64,000 nt of DNA from Octopus sinensis (Eukaryota). The position numbers and the translations under genes are program-made. This document shows, one piece after another, positions 61,177-64,000 of the stretch; the first letter of the stretch is position 1; each line of letters starts with the position of its first letter. The stretch spans positions 81,096,001-81,160,000 of the forward strand of contig NC_042998.1 of assembly GCF_006345805.1 (NCBI RefSeq), read 5' to 3'. A model generated the notes under the pieces. It ran no database searches. It had not been told where the DNA came from and was given only the letters and a program-made list of their open reading frames with translations.

Positions 61177-61212
61177 CTCTTACGTTTCGAGCCTATGCTC
61201 TTCAGCAGAAAG
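61177..61212 (-). ncRNA. Degenerate minimal hammerhead-like motif (A6 replaced by C)
   Basis: Minus: CTTT-CTGCTGA-A-GAGC(ATAG)GCTC-GAAAC-GTA-AGAG. Confidence 0.4.
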
Positions 61213-61558
61213 GAATGAGAGAAAATAAACAGAGAAACAATGAAAGAAAAATTCTGTAGGTTTCGTGCTCAAGCATGGCGAATGATTAGAAAAAATGTTT
61301 GAACGAAGAGGTAAGCAGAAAGGGAAACAATATAGTGCTGGTAATCCCAAATGAATGTGCGCGTGCAGGTGCGTGTTTGTGAGTATGGTGTCTATGAATG
61401 TGTAAGTGTGTGTGTGAATAGGGGCTACCTACTTTGACGTATGTGAGTGTATGCGTTTGTAAGCGTGTGTTCGTTTGTAGCGTGTGGTTGCTCAGATAGT
61501 GTTATGTGTGGTGACGGTGGGGTGGGTAGGTGTTTGGGTGTGGGGGGCGTCCGTGTAG

Positions 61559-61625
<67 letters not shown>

Positions 61626-61702
61626 TACAGAGCGAGCGGTGTATGAATGTTTAAATATGTATATGTATATATGCATATATATATGTATATGTGTATATAT
61701 AT

Positions 61703-62006
61703 ATCACGTGATCACGTGACCGACCAGACCATCAGATGTTGCAACACATCGCTGGTCACAATGCGTTCGCATTGTTTTAGCCTTCAAATTACGCCACCCC
61801 GCCAGCTAAGCGAGCAGGCTAACAGAAGAAAGAGTGAGAGAAAGAATGGTGAAAGAGTACAGCAGGGATCACCACCCCCTGTCGGAGCCTCGTGGAGCTT
61901 TTTAGGTGTTTTTGCTCAATAAACACACACAACGCCCGGTCTGGGAATCGAAACCGCGATCCTACGACCACGAATCCGCTGCCCTAACCACTGGGCCATT
62001 GCGCCT

Positions 62007-62010
<4 letters not shown>
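61703..62010 (-). mobile_element. tRNA-derived SINE (head 1 + tail 2 ending in (ATCACGTG)2)
   Basis: First ~185 nt are nearly the same as the SINE at 51028; the 3' part is unrelated. Confidence 0.85.
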
Positions 62011-62057
<47 letters not shown>

Positions 62058-62081
62058 TACATACATACATACATACATACA

Positions 62082-62117
<36 letters not shown>

Positions 62118-63522
62118 TACATAGATAGATTGATATATTCACATGGTATATATCTTCGTCTTAAGGAGTGTATGTGATTGTATTTGAATATAGTAAAAGT
62201 GGAAACAAATACTTATTCACGTATGACCAATGTAGATATCCCAATGTTTATGAGTAGCGATGTATGGATCCATGTGTATATTACTGAGATGGCAACAATG
62301 TCCAGGCGACTAACTAGTTGGATCTGAGATAATTTAGAACCTGGAAAAAGGAAACCATGTTGCTCCTACGGAGAGCATTCTCTGTCAGTTACCTGGACTA
62401 CTGCTCCCAATCATGATCGCCAGGAAGAGTCAAATTAACGATGGAACTCTGGTCAATCTAACTCTAAATATACAGAGAAGCTTTCCTCAGTGCAACATAG
62501 ATTGCTGGAAGAGGCTAAAAGAACTATTGCGTTTGGACATCGCGGAGAGAATAGACCGGCATTTTTACAGTACGGAAGATAAGCGCAGTGCTGCTGTGAT
62601 GTGCACGCCCACGACAGCAGCGCCTAACCGATTCTTGATACCGGGTTGTCAAAGATGAAAGCGATAGGATCATATATTCAACAGTTTCCGCAAGAGCATC
62701 AAGGCTGTCTTGGGTTCCCAACGAAATATATTTCTTAAATATATTAAGCTTGGACGAATGTCCTATTTCTTTGATATAGGTGTATATCGCGTTTTTTGGT
62801 GTTTGTTATTTTTGTCTCTTCGATATCATCTCTTTATAACTCTGTGTCAGTTGCCTTGCTCTCCCTACTATTTACCTAATTCAGTATGTATGTATACACG
62901 CACACACACACAAACACACACAGACACACACAGACACACACAGACACACACACACACACCACACGCGCGCATATCTATGTTTCCGTCGTTTTACATGTAT
63001 CGTAATATATTATCAAATTAATATAAATAGTAAATAATATTCATTATTTAGATAAACACATCATAAACGTATAATAACCATACATATGCTTGCAAACTTT
63101 GTTTAATATTCTCAATTTCAACGCAATGTATTCACAAATACAAATACGTTAATATACTTACAGACGCAGGGAATGAGACACAGTACACAAATATAACCAA
63201 ACACGATATATGTTCGCGTGTGAATATCACACATAAATATATTATTCACATATTTAACCAGGCATAAATGAATTATTCCCATGTGCATATGCTTGCATAC
63301 ACACACACACACACGGTCAAATACATATACATATACATATGCATATATATATATATATATATATTCATTAAATATAATCATTAAAAATATGTAGTTTTAT
63401 GCAAAAATATATTTTTCCGCATGCCACAGGAGTAACACATCCAATTATGCATACATAAATATATACACACATACATACAAAAATAAATGCATACAAATAT
63501 TTATGCATATATGTATATACAT

Positions 63523-63583
<61 letters not shown>

Positions 63584-63730
63584 CATATATAAATACATAC
63601 ACATACTTGCAAGCATATATATGCATGTATACGCAAGTATGTATGTGCGCATGTGTTATTGCAGTAGAAGCCCGCGTGAGTTAACTTAAGCCTGTTAATC
63701 TGTATATATACGTTTAGTAATTATTGACGA

Positions 63731-63770
<40 letters not shown>

Positions 63771-63771
63771 T

Positions 63772-63815
<44 letters not shown>

Positions 63816-64000
63816 ATATATATATATGTATATATATATACATATATATATATATACACATGCATACACATATATGTGTGCGTGTGTGTATGTACATATG
63901 TATTTAGATTTAAAAATTTTTAAATGTAGAAAACATTATCTAATCAAGTTTTCGTCACACACTTATATAAACACATTATATGCGTATACGTAACCAGGCG

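Overview
AT-rich, microsatellite-saturated eukaryotic genomic DNA. The repeat inventory looks like a coleoid cephalopod (octopus-type) genome, but that is recognition by eye, not a database result. I could not recognise any host protein-coding exon; nearly all short ORFs in the track are translations of microsatellites. Interpretable content is mobile DNA: several tRNA-derived SINE families, mariner and maT relics, a non-autonomous Helitron, a decayed L1/Tx1-type LINE, and many R4/Dong-type (RT plus restriction-like endonuclease) retroelement pieces, one with an uninterrupted ~1,100-codon ORF. Two things stand out. (1) At 37.3-43.6 kb at least seven same-orientation insertions are stacked in one (TAA)n microsatellite. 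They include three copies of a ~556-bp non-coding element that behaves like a non-autonomous passenger of the Dong machinery. (2) Several minimal type-I hammerhead ribozyme folds lie in short non-coding elements that end in (TA)n-type tracts. Several very recent local duplications and one fold-back inversion are also visible. SINE family labels A-D and 'element X' are my own. Coordinates of decayed relics are approximate.
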